43,300 nt of DNA from Patescibacteria group bacterium (GCA_004296925.1 SCVI01000039.1:1-43300), one strand, 5' to 3'; shown: positions 1-9,244, counted from the first letter of the stretch. The notes: a model not told the origin generated them from the letters alone. Made by a program: numbers and translations.

Positions 1-600
1 TTTGAAACGAACATCGTTATGGAAGGTGGCTCTATTGAGCTAAATGGTGCGGGGACATTAATGACTACCGAGCAATGCCTTCTAAACAAAAATAGAAACC
101 CCGAACTCTCACGTGAACAGATTGAGAAGTATTTAAGTGACTATCTGAACGTGCGTCATTTTATATGGCTTAAGGAAGGCATTGAGGGCGATGATACTGA
201 CGGACACATCGACGACATTGCGCGGTTTGTAAATGAAACAACAGTGCTTTGTGCATATGAAGATGATGAGTCGAGCAAGAATCACGCAATCCTCAAAGAA
301 AACTTTGAAATACTACAAAACGCCACTGATCAGGATGGCAACAAACTTAACGTAGTAAAACTCCCTATGCCAGGGGTTGTGCCAGCGCACGACCGCGTAC
401 TCCCTGCCAGCTACGCAAACTTCTATATTGGAAATACTAAAGTAGTTGTTCCAACATTTGGAACCGAGAACGATGCAAAAGCATTAGAAATTATCCAATC
501 AGTATTTCAGAAAAGAAAAGTGGTTGGCGTAGATGCAACATATCTTGTATATGGACTTGGTACTTTCCACTGCATGAGTCAACAACAGCCAGCGATCTAG
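1..600 (+). CDS. aguA: Agmatine deiminase (PAD_porph family), 5'-truncated by window edge
   Basis: Motifs MEGGSIE, DDTDGHIDD, ASYANFYI and terminal G-T-F-H-C-x-x-QQQP with catalytic Cys; frame is open back to base 1. Confidence 0.93.
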   Translation, partial: FETNIVMEGGSIELNGAGTLMTTEQCLLNKNRNPELSREQIEKYLSDYLNVRHFIWLKEGIEGDDTDGHIDDIARFVNETTVLCAYEDDESSKNHAILKENFEILQNATDQDGNKLNVVKLPMPGVVPAHDRVLPASYANFYIGNTKVVVPTFGTENDAKALEIIQSVFQKRKVVGVDATYLVYGLGTFHCMSQQQPAI

Positions 601-899
601 CGCAAGAACACGAGGATAGAAACAAGATAGAGAATAACAAGAACGGCAAAAGTGCCGAGGGTTTTAAAGAAAAACGTAACAGCTTCTTTTTTCTTGTTAT
701 CAAAATAGAGACGAAGTGGTTCAAAGATAAAAAGAAAACCCATAGTTAGAGCTGAAAGAACGAAGAGTCCGAGTACCCCTATAGGTATGAGGAGAGTATT
801 CTCGAGAGACTTAACTGACGTGAAAGCTCCCATAGTAAAGGCAATACCAACAATATAGAGAGCCGCGAGCGAAGCGTTTACAAATGGACTTAAGCGCAT
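597..899 (-). CDS. Small 3-TM membrane protein, hypothetical
   Basis: Three hydrophobic segments; TATAGT -10 box 6 nt before the ATG. Confidence 0.75.
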   Translation of the reverse strand: MRLSPFVNASLAALYIVGIAFTMGAFTSVKSLENTLLIPIGVLGLFVLSALTMGFLFIFEPLRLYFDNKKKEAVTFFFKTLGTFAVLVILYLVSILVFLR

Positions 900-956
900 G
901 TGTTCACTATACTCTTCTCTTTAAGATATAAGTTACGGCGACCTTAAAGAACTTCA

Positions 957-984
957 TTGACACTCGGTGTCGGTGAGCTACCAT
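957..984 (+). promoter_or_regulatory. Sigma70 promoter of the DHS-like gene
   Basis: TTGACA-16 nt-TACCAT. Confidence 0.65.
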
Positions 985-1000
985 TCACTATAAGATTTAT

Positions 1001-2116
1001 ATGAATACAAACAATTCAGAAGATAAAAAGATAGACAATCTTTCGCCTGAACTCAAAAAGTTCATCGAGCCAGATAACAATCAAGTTGTTTCAGGAACTG
1101 TTTCTGACTACGTAAAAGCAAGCTCTTCCCCAGTAAGTGCCTATGCTGAACGCACCTTAAACCACACCAACGGTGGTGCGACGCTTCAAGCGGCACTCTG
1201 GCTAAAGGAGCATATCAAAAATGGCGGTAAGGTAGTGGTAACGCTCGCTGGTGCGCTCTCCTCTTTCCAGATTGGAATAATGCTCGCAGAATTAATTCGT
1301 CAAAACAAAGTGCATTTGGTTTCTGCAACGGGAGCAAACCACGAAGAATCGTACTACCGCTACGTTGCTCACTCCCATTACGCATACATCCCTCGCTACA
1401 CCGAACTAACTCCTGAACAAGAAGCAGAACTAAGAGACGCAGGACTACGCAGAATTACCGACACATTCCTTCCAGAAGATGAAAGTGTTCGAATTATGGA
1501 ACCGCACCTTTTGAAGATGTGGCATGAAGCGGAAGAAAAAGGAGAAAGTCACTACCCACACGAATATTTCCGTAGACTCTTCGCGGAAAAACTTATTACA
1601 CCTGACTCAAAAGCTAACCCGGACGATTGCTGGACATACGCGGCATATGAAAAAAATATTCCTATCGTGATCCCTGGATTTGAAGACTCAACGATGGGCA
1701 ATATTTTTGCAAGCTACACCTACAAAGGTCCTCACAAAAAAGCAGGCGACCCTTCTGTTGATCCAAAGGTTATGAAGTCAGGCTTAGAGTACTTCCACCT
1801 TATGTACGACTGGTATATGAAGGAATCTAAAGACGCTCCCATTGCCTTCTTGCAGCTCGGTGGCGGTATTGCGGCTGACTTCCCTATTTGCGTCGTTCCT
1901 TCCATTAAGCACGACCTTGGCAACCACAACGTACGCGACTGGGCAGGCTTTATTGAAATAGGCTCATCCCCAATGTCTTACGGCTCATACTCAGGTGCCG
2001 GCGGAAAAGAAAAAATTACGTGGGACAAACTTTCAACCGACTCCTACTACAACATTATCCAAAGCGACGTGAACGTCGCCTTCCCTTGGATCGCTGCCAT
2101 CCTTTTGGATCTTTAA
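1001..2116 (+). CDS. Deoxyhypusine synthase-like protein (bacterial DHS/SpeY type, probably homospermidine or aminobutyl-agmatine synthesis)
   Basis: TLAGALS, ATGANHEE, PGFEDSTMGN, LGGGIAADFPICVVP and GSYSGA..EKITWDK (catalytic Lys position) motifs. Confidence 0.88.
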   Translation: MNTNNSEDKKIDNLSPELKKFIEPDNNQVVSGTVSDYVKASSSPVSAYAERTLNHTNGGATLQAALWLKEHIKNGGKVVVTLAGALSSFQIGIMLAELIRQNKVHLVSATGANHEESYYRYVAHSHYAYIPRYTELTPEQEAELRDAGLRRITDTFLPEDESVRIMEPHLLKMWHEAEEKGESHYPHEYFRRLFAEKLITPDSKANPDDCWTYAAYEKNIPIVIPGFEDSTMGNIFASYTYKGPHKKAGDPSVDPKVMKSGLEYFHLMYDWYMKESKDAPIAFLQLGGGIAADFPICVVPSIKHDLGNHNVRDWAGFIEIGSSPMSYGSYSGAGGKEKITWDKLSTDSYYNIIQSDVNVAFPWIAAILLDL

Positions 2117-2610
2117 TCTGAAATAGCTTCCAGAATCGCCAGATCTCTTGGAACAATGTATATCTTGCCTTCAATGCTCGTTGCCTGATTTTCAGCTAGT
2201 ATTTGTTTGGCTTTCTCGAGCGACATCCACACCAATACAAAACCTCTGTCTTTCTCATGTTGAGTAAAGTCAGGAATACCCTTCACGCCTTTTACCTTTG
2301 CGAGATAACAGTATGAAATTTGTCGGATAGTGAAAATCTTTCTGTACTCAAGAACCGAACCTATTTCCCTCTCTACTTCAATCTCGCATCCTATTTCCTC
2401 TACGCTCTCTCTCTGTAAAGCAGATAATTTATCTTCAGAACCTTCAAGACCACCGCCCGGTAACTTGTAGTAGTTTTCCTTGGAAACATGAAGTAACGCA
2501 ATCATTCCATCTTCGTCAAAAACAACCGCCCTCGCAGCTTCTCGCAAAGGGTAACCTTGAGCCTCGTCTTCAGAAACGTTTTCAGGATTGAGAAATAAAA
2601 TTTGCTTCAT
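2113..2610 (-). CDS. NUDIX hydrolase
   Basis: Nudix box LPGGGLEGSEDKLSALQRESVEEIG; start moved to ATG 2610, which has TATAAT 6 nt upstream. Confidence 0.88.
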   Translation of the reverse strand: MKQILFLNPENVSEDEAQGYPLREAARAVVFDEDGMIALLHVSKENYYKLPGGGLEGSEDKLSALQRESVEEIGCEIEVEREIGSVLEYRKIFTIRQISYCYLAKVKGVKGIPDFTQHEKDRGFVLVWMSLEKAKQILAENQATSIEGKIYIVPRDLAILEAISD

Positions 2611-2732
2611 TGTGTCATTATAATCACCTTCCCCCAATTCGCGACCTCGAGTTAGAACCGCATTCGGTTAAGCCCTGCAAAGCGGATTAACTACATTTAA
2701 CATCCTCAGAACAACGCGTCTCGAGCATATGA

Positions 2733-4268
2733 CTACTTTCCTCCAGTTATAAATTTCAGGAATTTATAACTGCTTTTATACCTCCATCTTGAATAAAGCT
2801 CTTTTAAAAATGACCTCTTTTCAGGATTCGGTTCATGGACGATTTGTAAACTTAGGTTTGGATATTGCGACTCTATGAGCTGCAAGACTAAGTTAGTTAT
2901 TTTTACAATATCCTCTAAGACGCCTGGCAAGGTGTATACGCTTACCGACGGAATCGGATGAAGTCTGTGTAGTGGGTTCGCGCAAATTGCAAAACTTGAT
3001 TCACGGATGGCACCCCAGCTTCCGTGCGAAAAAGTAGATGTCCAATCGTAATACGCGTCGTATATATCTTTGCACCCAGCTTCTTCGCTCAACTTTCTTA
3101 AAGTAGAGCTGGTCCAATGACCCAGTTCTATGTCCGAAAATTCTTCCCAACGGTCTTCGTTCGCGATTTGCTTTAAAAACTTCTCGTCTATGAATGCTGG
3201 CTTATCATTCGAATCTCTCGCTTTTAAATAGCTGAGTTTCATTTGACCAATCCCATAATTTCTAAATTCATTCCAGATATTTGAATCATCCTTCTTTATT
3301 AAGTATGCGAGCGTTATAAAAGATTCAACACATGACCGGAGAGTCAATCTGCCGACAGCACCTCGAGAAAGGTTTGTCACAACCATCTCATCTAAAAGTC
3401 GTAAAACGTAGAATCCAGTACCAAAAATGGTGTCGTGTTTAGCATCAATAGCACTCGAATTATCTGTTTTTAGAAAGTGCAGTAAAAGAAGATGTCTTGC
3501 CCGATTCACTTGAGTGTTGGTTATCTTAATCTTATCTCTCCTTTGTTCTTCTCTAGGCATAGGAGCACATAGCGTTGTTTGCAGACATGCTTTCCAAAAA
3601 TCTTCCGGCCATTCGCTTGCTTCAGCGGGGAAAGATATTTCGCTTGCTCGTATCGAAGGACGCACTTCGCGCATATCGCCCTCGTTAGGGTAGTTCACTA
3701 TCGGAGAACCCATTGATCGGGGCATAGAGAATTTTCCGGTAAGGATTAAACAAAAAACCTTTACCCAGCGACAATCCGTAGCTTCTTGAGATTGGTGGTC
3801 AAGAGTAACCAGAACACCCTTCGTTAGAAAGTCAGCTACTTGTGCCTCAGTCCCAGCCATAACATTCCCAAATACTTCTTCCCAATCCTTGTATGCGGGA
3901 AGTCGAGGAAAGAGAACCAACGTCTGGAGGATTGATTTGGCATGAGGGTGTGAATCATGAAGTAAATTTAAGAGTGCAACTCTATCTGCTTTTGGCCAAG
4001 AGGCGATGCCTGATATCGTAACGTCCGAAAGTGCTTCGTGACCCATGACGAAGGCGCCAACTTTACGGAAAATATCTAAAGCCTCCTCTCTTGTTAAGTT
4101 TGCGATGAGAAGCACCGCCCAAAGCATTTGAGGCATTCTGTCATCCTTCCACGAAGAAGGAGTCATGGGCATTTGACGGATAGGCGGTTTTAAAACAGAA
4201 CCCTCTCTTTTATGCTTTGATATATTACTCGATCTGTTTTCTTCTTTATCTTTTTTAGATTCTGACAT
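2733..4268 (-). CDS. Large hypothetical protein, C-terminal DUF5677/HEPN-like region
   Basis: 511-aa ORF from ATG 4268; R-S-x-x-E helix and Y-x-x-x-S-x-x-x-H motif (YDWTSTFSHG) resemble DUF5677; family call is tentative. Confidence 0.6.
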   Translation of the reverse strand: MSESKKDKEENRSSNISKHKREGSVLKPPIRQMPMTPSSWKDDRMPQMLWAVLLIANLTREEALDIFRKVGAFVMGHEALSDVTISGIASWPKADRVALLNLLHDSHPHAKSILQTLVLFPRLPAYKDWEEVFGNVMAGTEAQVADFLTKGVLVTLDHQSQEATDCRWVKVFCLILTGKFSMPRSMGSPIVNYPNEGDMREVRPSIRASEISFPAEASEWPEDFWKACLQTTLCAPMPREEQRRDKIKITNTQVNRARHLLLLHFLKTDNSSAIDAKHDTIFGTGFYVLRLLDEMVVTNLSRGAVGRLTLRSCVESFITLAYLIKKDDSNIWNEFRNYGIGQMKLSYLKARDSNDKPAFIDEKFLKQIANEDRWEEFSDIELGHWTSSTLRKLSEEAGCKDIYDAYYDWTSTFSHGSWGAIRESSFAICANPLHRLHPIPSVSVYTLPGVLEDIVKITNLVLQLIESQYPNLSLQIVHEPNPEKRSFLKELYSRWRYKSSYKFLKFITGGK

Positions 4269-4332
4269 CAACTGAATTATAAACCTCTCAGAGTAAAAAT
4301 ACGTGTCTCGAGCACGATAACCTATCACGACT

Positions 4333-4434
4333 TGGCTGCAGGGGAAGGAATCGAACCCTCATTGGCCCTTTTCAGAAGACTCTTAAATTAAAGTCCTCTG
4401 AGAAGGGGCTGTTCTGCCATTAAACTAACCCGCA
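4333..4434 (-). tRNA. tRNA-Gln-like gene with a ~27-28 nt insertion in the anticodon arm (probable anticodon CTG)
   Basis: U1-A72, G73, encoded CCA, D arm GTTT/AATGGCA/GAAC, T arm GAGGG-TTCGATT-CCTTC; 102 nt long; TTCTGAA in the 3' part of the arm. Confidence 0.75.
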
Positions 4435-4443
4435 ATAGCATAC

Positions 4444-4472
4444 ATTATAGCATACTTTGAATCAAAAATCAA
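4444..4472 (-). promoter_or_regulatory. Sigma70 promoter of the tRNA
   Basis: TTGATT-17 nt-TATAAT, 9 nt upstream of the tRNA 5' end. Confidence 0.7.
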
Positions 4473-4634
4473 TCACTTTATGCACAATAAGCACAGAGGT
4501 CACAACATTTGCCACTAAATCTATACTGTCACCATCTTAAGAGCGAGTACTTACTTTCTGGAACATTGGTATAACAAAATTAAACCATCCATGCTAGTCG
4601 CGCAAATTAGAGAAGAAACCACCACATATATCGA

Positions 4635-5396
4635 CTATTCTTTATTCAATAGAGTTTCAGCGACCCGAACCGAGTGTCCAAAAATAACAGCACCGATAAC
4701 GCGATCATCAATTTCAGTTGACGTTGAGGACTGAATTGAGAATCCGCCTTTTATTAATAAGTTTGATAAGTCAGCAACTATTGTTGAAAATCTCTCTTCC
4801 ACTTTCCCTTTTGGTAAAAGCAAGAACTTATCGAGATCGCCCTCTGCAATCCCTGTGGTGAGATAGAGAATATTTTCCGCATAAACCTTTAGATGTTTAG
4901 GATCTTTTAATGGATACAGATCCCAAGCCGAAGTAAATAAGTTTTTGTTTTTACTCTCTATTGACTCCTTACCTTTTTTCTTCAAAGGCATGACCTCTTT
5001 CTTTAAGGCTGGGTCGAGCGCCTTTTTTGTCGACTTTTCTTCTGTTATACGAAAGACGTAACCCGCTCGGACAAAAGATTTATAAAACACCAGTAGCGTG
5101 TCTAACTTTTCCGTATCTCTGCGCATCATCCTCCCTATATTTGTGATACCCCATCGCCAATTACAATAACGATTGATTGAATATTGCGTCTCGTTAGAAA
5201 ACAACTCTGGGTAATTGTAGAACGAATTGTACGCAGCAATCCAGTTCGCGTCATTTACACTCCCAGTAACATCAAGTTCAATTATTGGAACAAAAAGAGC
5301 CGTGCCACATTTTCTGCAGTAACGATCTATGTCACCCACTTTAAGGGTCACCTCCACTCCGCAGTTTTTACATTGAACAGTTCCCTCCACAAACAT
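4635..5396 (-). CDS. Hypothetical protein with N-terminal zinc ribbon
   Basis: CKNC...CRKC pair; 253-aa ORF. Confidence 0.7.
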   Translation of the reverse strand: MFVEGTVQCKNCGVEVTLKVGDIDRYCRKCGTALFVPIIELDVTGSVNDANWIAAYNSFYNYPELFSNETQYSINRYCNWRWGITNIGRMMRRDTEKLDTLLVFYKSFVRAGYVFRITEEKSTKKALDPALKKEVMPLKKKGKESIESKNKNLFTSAWDLYPLKDPKHLKVYAENILYLTTGIAEGDLDKFLLLPKGKVEERFSTIVADLSNLLIKGGFSIQSSTSTEIDDRVIGAVIFGHSVRVAETLLNKE

Positions 5397-5526
5397 ATCT
5401 TAACTCGGAACAAAATAGATACAGAACTTAATAACAAAGAGCGTCTCAGTACATCTCCGATGCTAAGAGCTTTGGATGAAGGCGGAAAAATTGAACCATG
5501 CCCTACCATACCCCCACCTAAACGAA

Positions 5527-5596
5527 TAAAACGCGCAAAAAAGAGAGTAAGGCTTGGCCTAGCGGCCTTGAGCGCTCTCTTTTTTGTGCGTTTTAT
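5527..5596. terminator. Long hairpin downstream of speA (terminator-like)
   Basis: ATAAAACGCGCAAAAAAGAGAG...CTCTCTTTTTTGTGCGTTTTAT inverted repeat. Confidence 0.5.
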
Positions 5597-5607
5597 GAAG
5601 TGACCTT

Positions 5608-6978
5608 TTACCACCCAAACTGCTTCCCAACATCTTCACTCGTCTCACGTCGTCGTATCAATTTTATCTCACCGTTTTGGCAGATTATCTTTGCAGGAGA
5701 TGAGAGGAGGCAGTGGTGTGAGGCAAGGGCGTCTTGGTATGCTCCTGTGTCATAGAAGGCAACGTACTGGCTCTCACTGTCATCCAAATCCTCAAGGCGA
5801 GGCATACTAATATTTCCACCTCCTGCGGTGTATTTATCGTCTGAGTCGCACGAAGAGCCAGCAAACCACACACGCTGGAGTTTGCGGTTCTTCATGTTGT
5901 TTACTGGTGTCACGTGCCACTTTTGCTTCAATGCCCACGTGTCCAAAAGGTCGTTCATAAAACTTCCGTCAATGACGTACCACTTGCGAGTTCCCTCTTC
6001 ACTCACCGACTTCTCGGTCAAAATTTTGTAGATAGTAAGTTGCGCTGGTGCGGCAACGTAGCGTCCCCACTCAACAATTAAGTTTGGGTGTTTCACTCCT
6101 GTTTTGTCGCAGTAGTTTTTTGCAGTCTTAACGATTCGGTTAATAGCAGACTTTCCGTTATAAAACTTCCCTTTCTTTTCATAAGGAACTCCAGCACCTC
6201 CTCCCATATCAATAGTGTCGAGTCCTGGGTTTTTCTCACGAAGTTTTTCGTATATCTCAAGCGCACGCTTTAGTGGCTCAATGAGTCCATCTACTTTCTC
6301 AATTTGCGATGAGATGTGGTAGTGAAGCACACTTAAGTTTCTTATTTTGCCGAGCTTTAATATTTCATCTTCACGAAAACCATAACGGTTGAAGCGCTTA
6401 TCCCAGTGCGACTGCACACGGACGCTCATGTTAAGGCGAATGCCTGTCTCGCCCTTGAACTTCTTAAAGCGTTCTAACTCGTTGTAGTCTTCGATGATTG
6501 GAATAACGGTAAGACCTTTTTCTTTGAGCTCCTCAATGAGTGCAATGTACTTTTCAGTTTTGGGACCATTACAAATAACCCGAATCTTCGGGTTGAATCT
6601 CTGCTCCATTAACATTTTCTTCACGAGCCATAGCTCGTTTACGCTCGCAACATCAAAGTGTCCTCCTTCTGACACAACCGGCAACACAAACTCTTTGTTC
6701 TGATTTACCTTCATTGCGTAGTGATAGTAGAACTTTCCTTTGTAGTTGTTGAGCTTTATGTACGCATCAAAAATATCAATCAAGCTTCGTACCCGATTTT
6801 CAAGAATAAACGGAAATACAATTTCGAGAGGTGTTCCGTATTTTTTTATTAAGTCAGCAACGTTGTACTGATAGTTCCCTTCCTTTACCAAAAGACTCCC
6901 ATCGGGAGTGATGTCGAAAAACTGCGTGTTGTACTCCTCGTGACCGAGTTTCCAAAATTGTTTGTAGTTCTTTTTCAA
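5608..6978 (-). CDS. speA: Arginine decarboxylase (PLP fold-type III, short form)
   Basis: YAMKVNQ (PLP Lys), CNGPK, HYHISSQI, DMGGG, VEWGRY, SCDSDD, GAYQDAL and HHCLLSSP motifs; TTG start; next to agmatine deiminase. Confidence 0.85.
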   Translation of the reverse strand: MKKNYKQFWKLGHEEYNTQFFDITPDGSLLVKEGNYQYNVADLIKKYGTPLEIVFPFILENRVRSLIDIFDAYIKLNNYKGKFYYHYAMKVNQNKEFVLPVVSEGGHFDVASVNELWLVKKMLMEQRFNPKIRVICNGPKTEKYIALIEELKEKGLTVIPIIEDYNELERFKKFKGETGIRLNMSVRVQSHWDKRFNRYGFREDEILKLGKIRNLSVLHYHISSQIEKVDGLIEPLKRALEIYEKLREKNPGLDTIDMGGGAGVPYEKKGKFYNGKSAINRIVKTAKNYCDKTGVKHPNLIVEWGRYVAAPAQLTIYKILTEKSVSEEGTRKWYVIDGSFMNDLLDTWALKQKWHVTPVNNMKNRKLQRVWFAGSSCDSDDKYTAGGGNISMPRLEDLDDSESQYVAFYDTGAYQDALASHHCLLSSPAKIICQNGEIKLIRRRETSEDVGKQFGW

Positions 6979-7073
6979 TTCAACGTTATTAGGAAATATA
7001 GGTTACGCACGTAATCGTAAGAAAAATGACAGATATGTCAAGGTTTTTCAGAAATTACCAGTGCGCGGAGTTT

Positions 7074-7238
7074 TCAAGATCGCTCTGCCAAGAAAGCGCT
7101 GAAATAGTAGTATGCCCCTGAGTCAACTTGAATATTCTCACGAATGGGACCGGTGCCACCACCTCTTCGTACCTCATCACGAAGCTTTTGACGTTCTGGA
7201 TCGCGTTTTGAGCTAGGTTTTAATCTTTCTCGTGCCAT
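7074..7238 (-). CDS. Small basic protein, 54 aa (MARERLKPSSKRDPERQKLRDEV...), below the ORF-track cutoff
   Basis: ATG preceded by TTGACA-16-TAGTAT (7274-7247) ending 8 nt upstream; could also be a leader ORF of speA. Confidence 0.5.
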   Translation of the reverse strand: MARERLKPSSKRDPERQKLRDEVRRGGGTGPIRENIQVDSGAYYYFSAFLAERS

Positions 7239-7474
7239 GTAATTTCATACTACACTTCTCAACTCGCATGTCAAAAAACCTCTTTTTTGAAGAGTATTTT
7301 CACAAAAACCAAAGTCATTAAGTAGCTCCTTTTCTTCTGTCCCGTTTACCCCGTTTACGACTTCGCTTTTGTAGCGAACGGCTGCCGTGCGTTATTTTGG
7401 GACTATACGCAATGGTCCGTTCTCACTTGAACATCGACCGGATAAGTTTCGATACGAGATCGAAACGGTTTCCG

Positions 7475-8935
7475 CATGGAATTGTTCCACGACCAGCTTC
7501 CGCTAGCCGTGCCTTGTTACAACTTACTCCCTGTCACCGAACTTGCCGTGGGTCGCGATAAACGCGAACGTCGGGCATTCCCGGCTCCCTTGAGTTGATG
7601 GGCGGTGAGTACAAAACTCGAGAACGTATTCACCGTAGTATGGCTGACCTACGATTACTAGCGATTCCAGCTTCAAGAGGTCGAGTTGCAGACCTCTATC
7701 CGTACTGAGGACGCGTTTTGGGATTTGCTCCACCTTACGGTATTGCTTCCTTTTGTCGCGCCCATTGTATCACGTGTGCAGCCCAAGACATCAGAGGGAC
7801 ATGCTGATCTGGCGTCATCCCCACCTTCCTCTCCCGTGAGGGAGCAGTCTCGCCTGACATTTAAAACAGACAACGGGGGTTGCGTTCGTTTACCCACTTA
7901 AGGGAACAGCTCAAGCCACGAACTGACGACGACCATGCATCACCTGCTATACACCCTCGAAGGCTGACTTCCTTTCGGAAGCCGTGCAGTATAGTTTCTA
8001 GTCTTGGTAAGGTTCTTCGCTTACCTACGAATTAAGCCACATGATCCACCGCTTGTGCGAGTTCCCGTCTATTCCTTTGAGTTTTAGTCTTGCGACCGTA
8101 CTACCCAGGCGGTTCCCTTAACGCGTTAGCTTCGCCACGAAGAGGGTCGATACTCCTCATAGCCAGGGAACATAGTTTAGGGCGTGGACTACAAGGGTAT
8201 CTAATCCTTTTCGCTACCCACGCTTTCGTGCCTCAGTGTCAGGAATGTCCCAGTACGCTGCCTTCGCATTCGGTGTTCCCCATGATATCAACGGATTTCA
8301 CCCCTACACCATGAGTTCCACGTACCTCTTACATCCTCTAGCGTTACCGTTTCCCCTCGAGCCTTCGGGTTGAGCCCGAAGGATTTAAAAGAGGACTAAT
8401 AACACCACCTACGCACCCTTTACGCCCAGTAATTCCGGATAATGCTTGGGGCCTCTGTATTACCGCTCCTGCTGGCACAGAGTTAGGAGCCCCTTATTCA
8501 TGAGGTACTGTCAAAACTTCATCCCTCATAAAAGATGTTTACGCCCCGAAGGACTTCATCCACCACGCGGCGTCGCTCCGTCAGACTTTCGTCCATTGCG
8601 GAAGATTCTCGACTGCGGCCTCCCGTAGGAGTAAGGACCGTATCTCAGTTCCATCGGTGGGGGTCAGCCTCTCAGCTCCCCTAAACGTCATAGCCTTGGT
8701 GAGCCATTACCTCACCAACTAGCTGATATTACGCAGGCTCCTCCTAGAGCGGATTGCTCCTTTACACCTTAGTGACCATCGGGAATTGCGCCATCTTTCG
8801 ATGGAATATGCCCGACTCTAGGGTAGATTCCTACGCGTTACTACCTCGTCTGCCGTGGGTCTAAACCCACTCGACTTGCATGCCTTATCCACGCCGCCAG
8901 CATTCATCCTGAGCTAGGATCAAACTCTAAGTAAG
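7475..8935 (-). rRNA. rrs: 16S rRNA, unlinked from 23S; no intron; non-canonical 3' tail
   Basis: AGAGTTTGATCCTAGCTCAG, GTGCCAGCAGGAGCGGTAA and AAGTTGTAACAAGG conserved sites; flanking processing stem 7327-7348/8972-8993; ends approximate. Confidence 0.98.
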
Positions 8936-9065
8936 AACCTCATGCCTCCAATTGAAGGGCACGAGATTCGATAAACGGAACAGAAGAAAAGGAAGAAATT
9001 CCTATTTCCTCTTTGTGCTCTTAATAACTTTCTTTACTGGTTTTTTGTGATTGCACTTACTATTG

Positions 9066-9079
9066 AATTTTCAAAGATC
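9066..9079 (-). promoter_or_regulatory. boxA-like antitermination site in 16S leader
   Basis: GATCTTTGAAAATT, similar to Firmicutes-type rRNA boxA. Confidence 0.6.
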
Positions 9080-9215
9080 GTTTGGGGCAAAAAAAAGCCG
9101 AAGCTTTCCCCGCTTCGGCACTACACATAATGGTTACTAATCGCTAGATTCTAGTGAGTAGATTCCATAGTGAGTGACAAAGGTACGCTCATCGCTTATG
9201 ACGAGCGTGACAGTT

Positions 9216-9244
9216 ATACTACCTCGCGGTTTATAACGAGTCAA
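9216..9244 (-). promoter_or_regulatory. 16S rRNA promoter
   Basis: TTGACT-17 nt-TAGTAT. Confidence 0.7.

Noticed and set aside
1001-2116. Eukaryote-like hypusination of EF-P by the DHS-like protein
   Set aside because: The EF-P tip is Arg, and the gene context (speA, aguA) favours polyamine synthesis
4333-4434. tRNA-Sec or suppressor tRNA (TCA triplet, long length)
   Set aside because: The extra length is in the anticodon arm, not the variable arm; TCA is base-paired; the acceptor identity is Gln-like
5520-5600. Integron attC site
   Set aside because: The hairpin lacks convincing RYYYAAC/GTTRRRY boxes and no integron integrase is present
5184-5614. ORFs 5184..5603(+) and 5348..5614(-)
   Set aside because: They overlap real genes and run through a long inverted repeat; non-ATG starts and no motifs
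7380-7420. Group I intron at the 16S 3' end (GTATAGTCC resembles an S element)
   Set aside because: No matching P, Q or R elements and no downstream exon with a canonical tail
7524-8628. ORFs inside 16S
   Set aside because: Chance frames in rRNA
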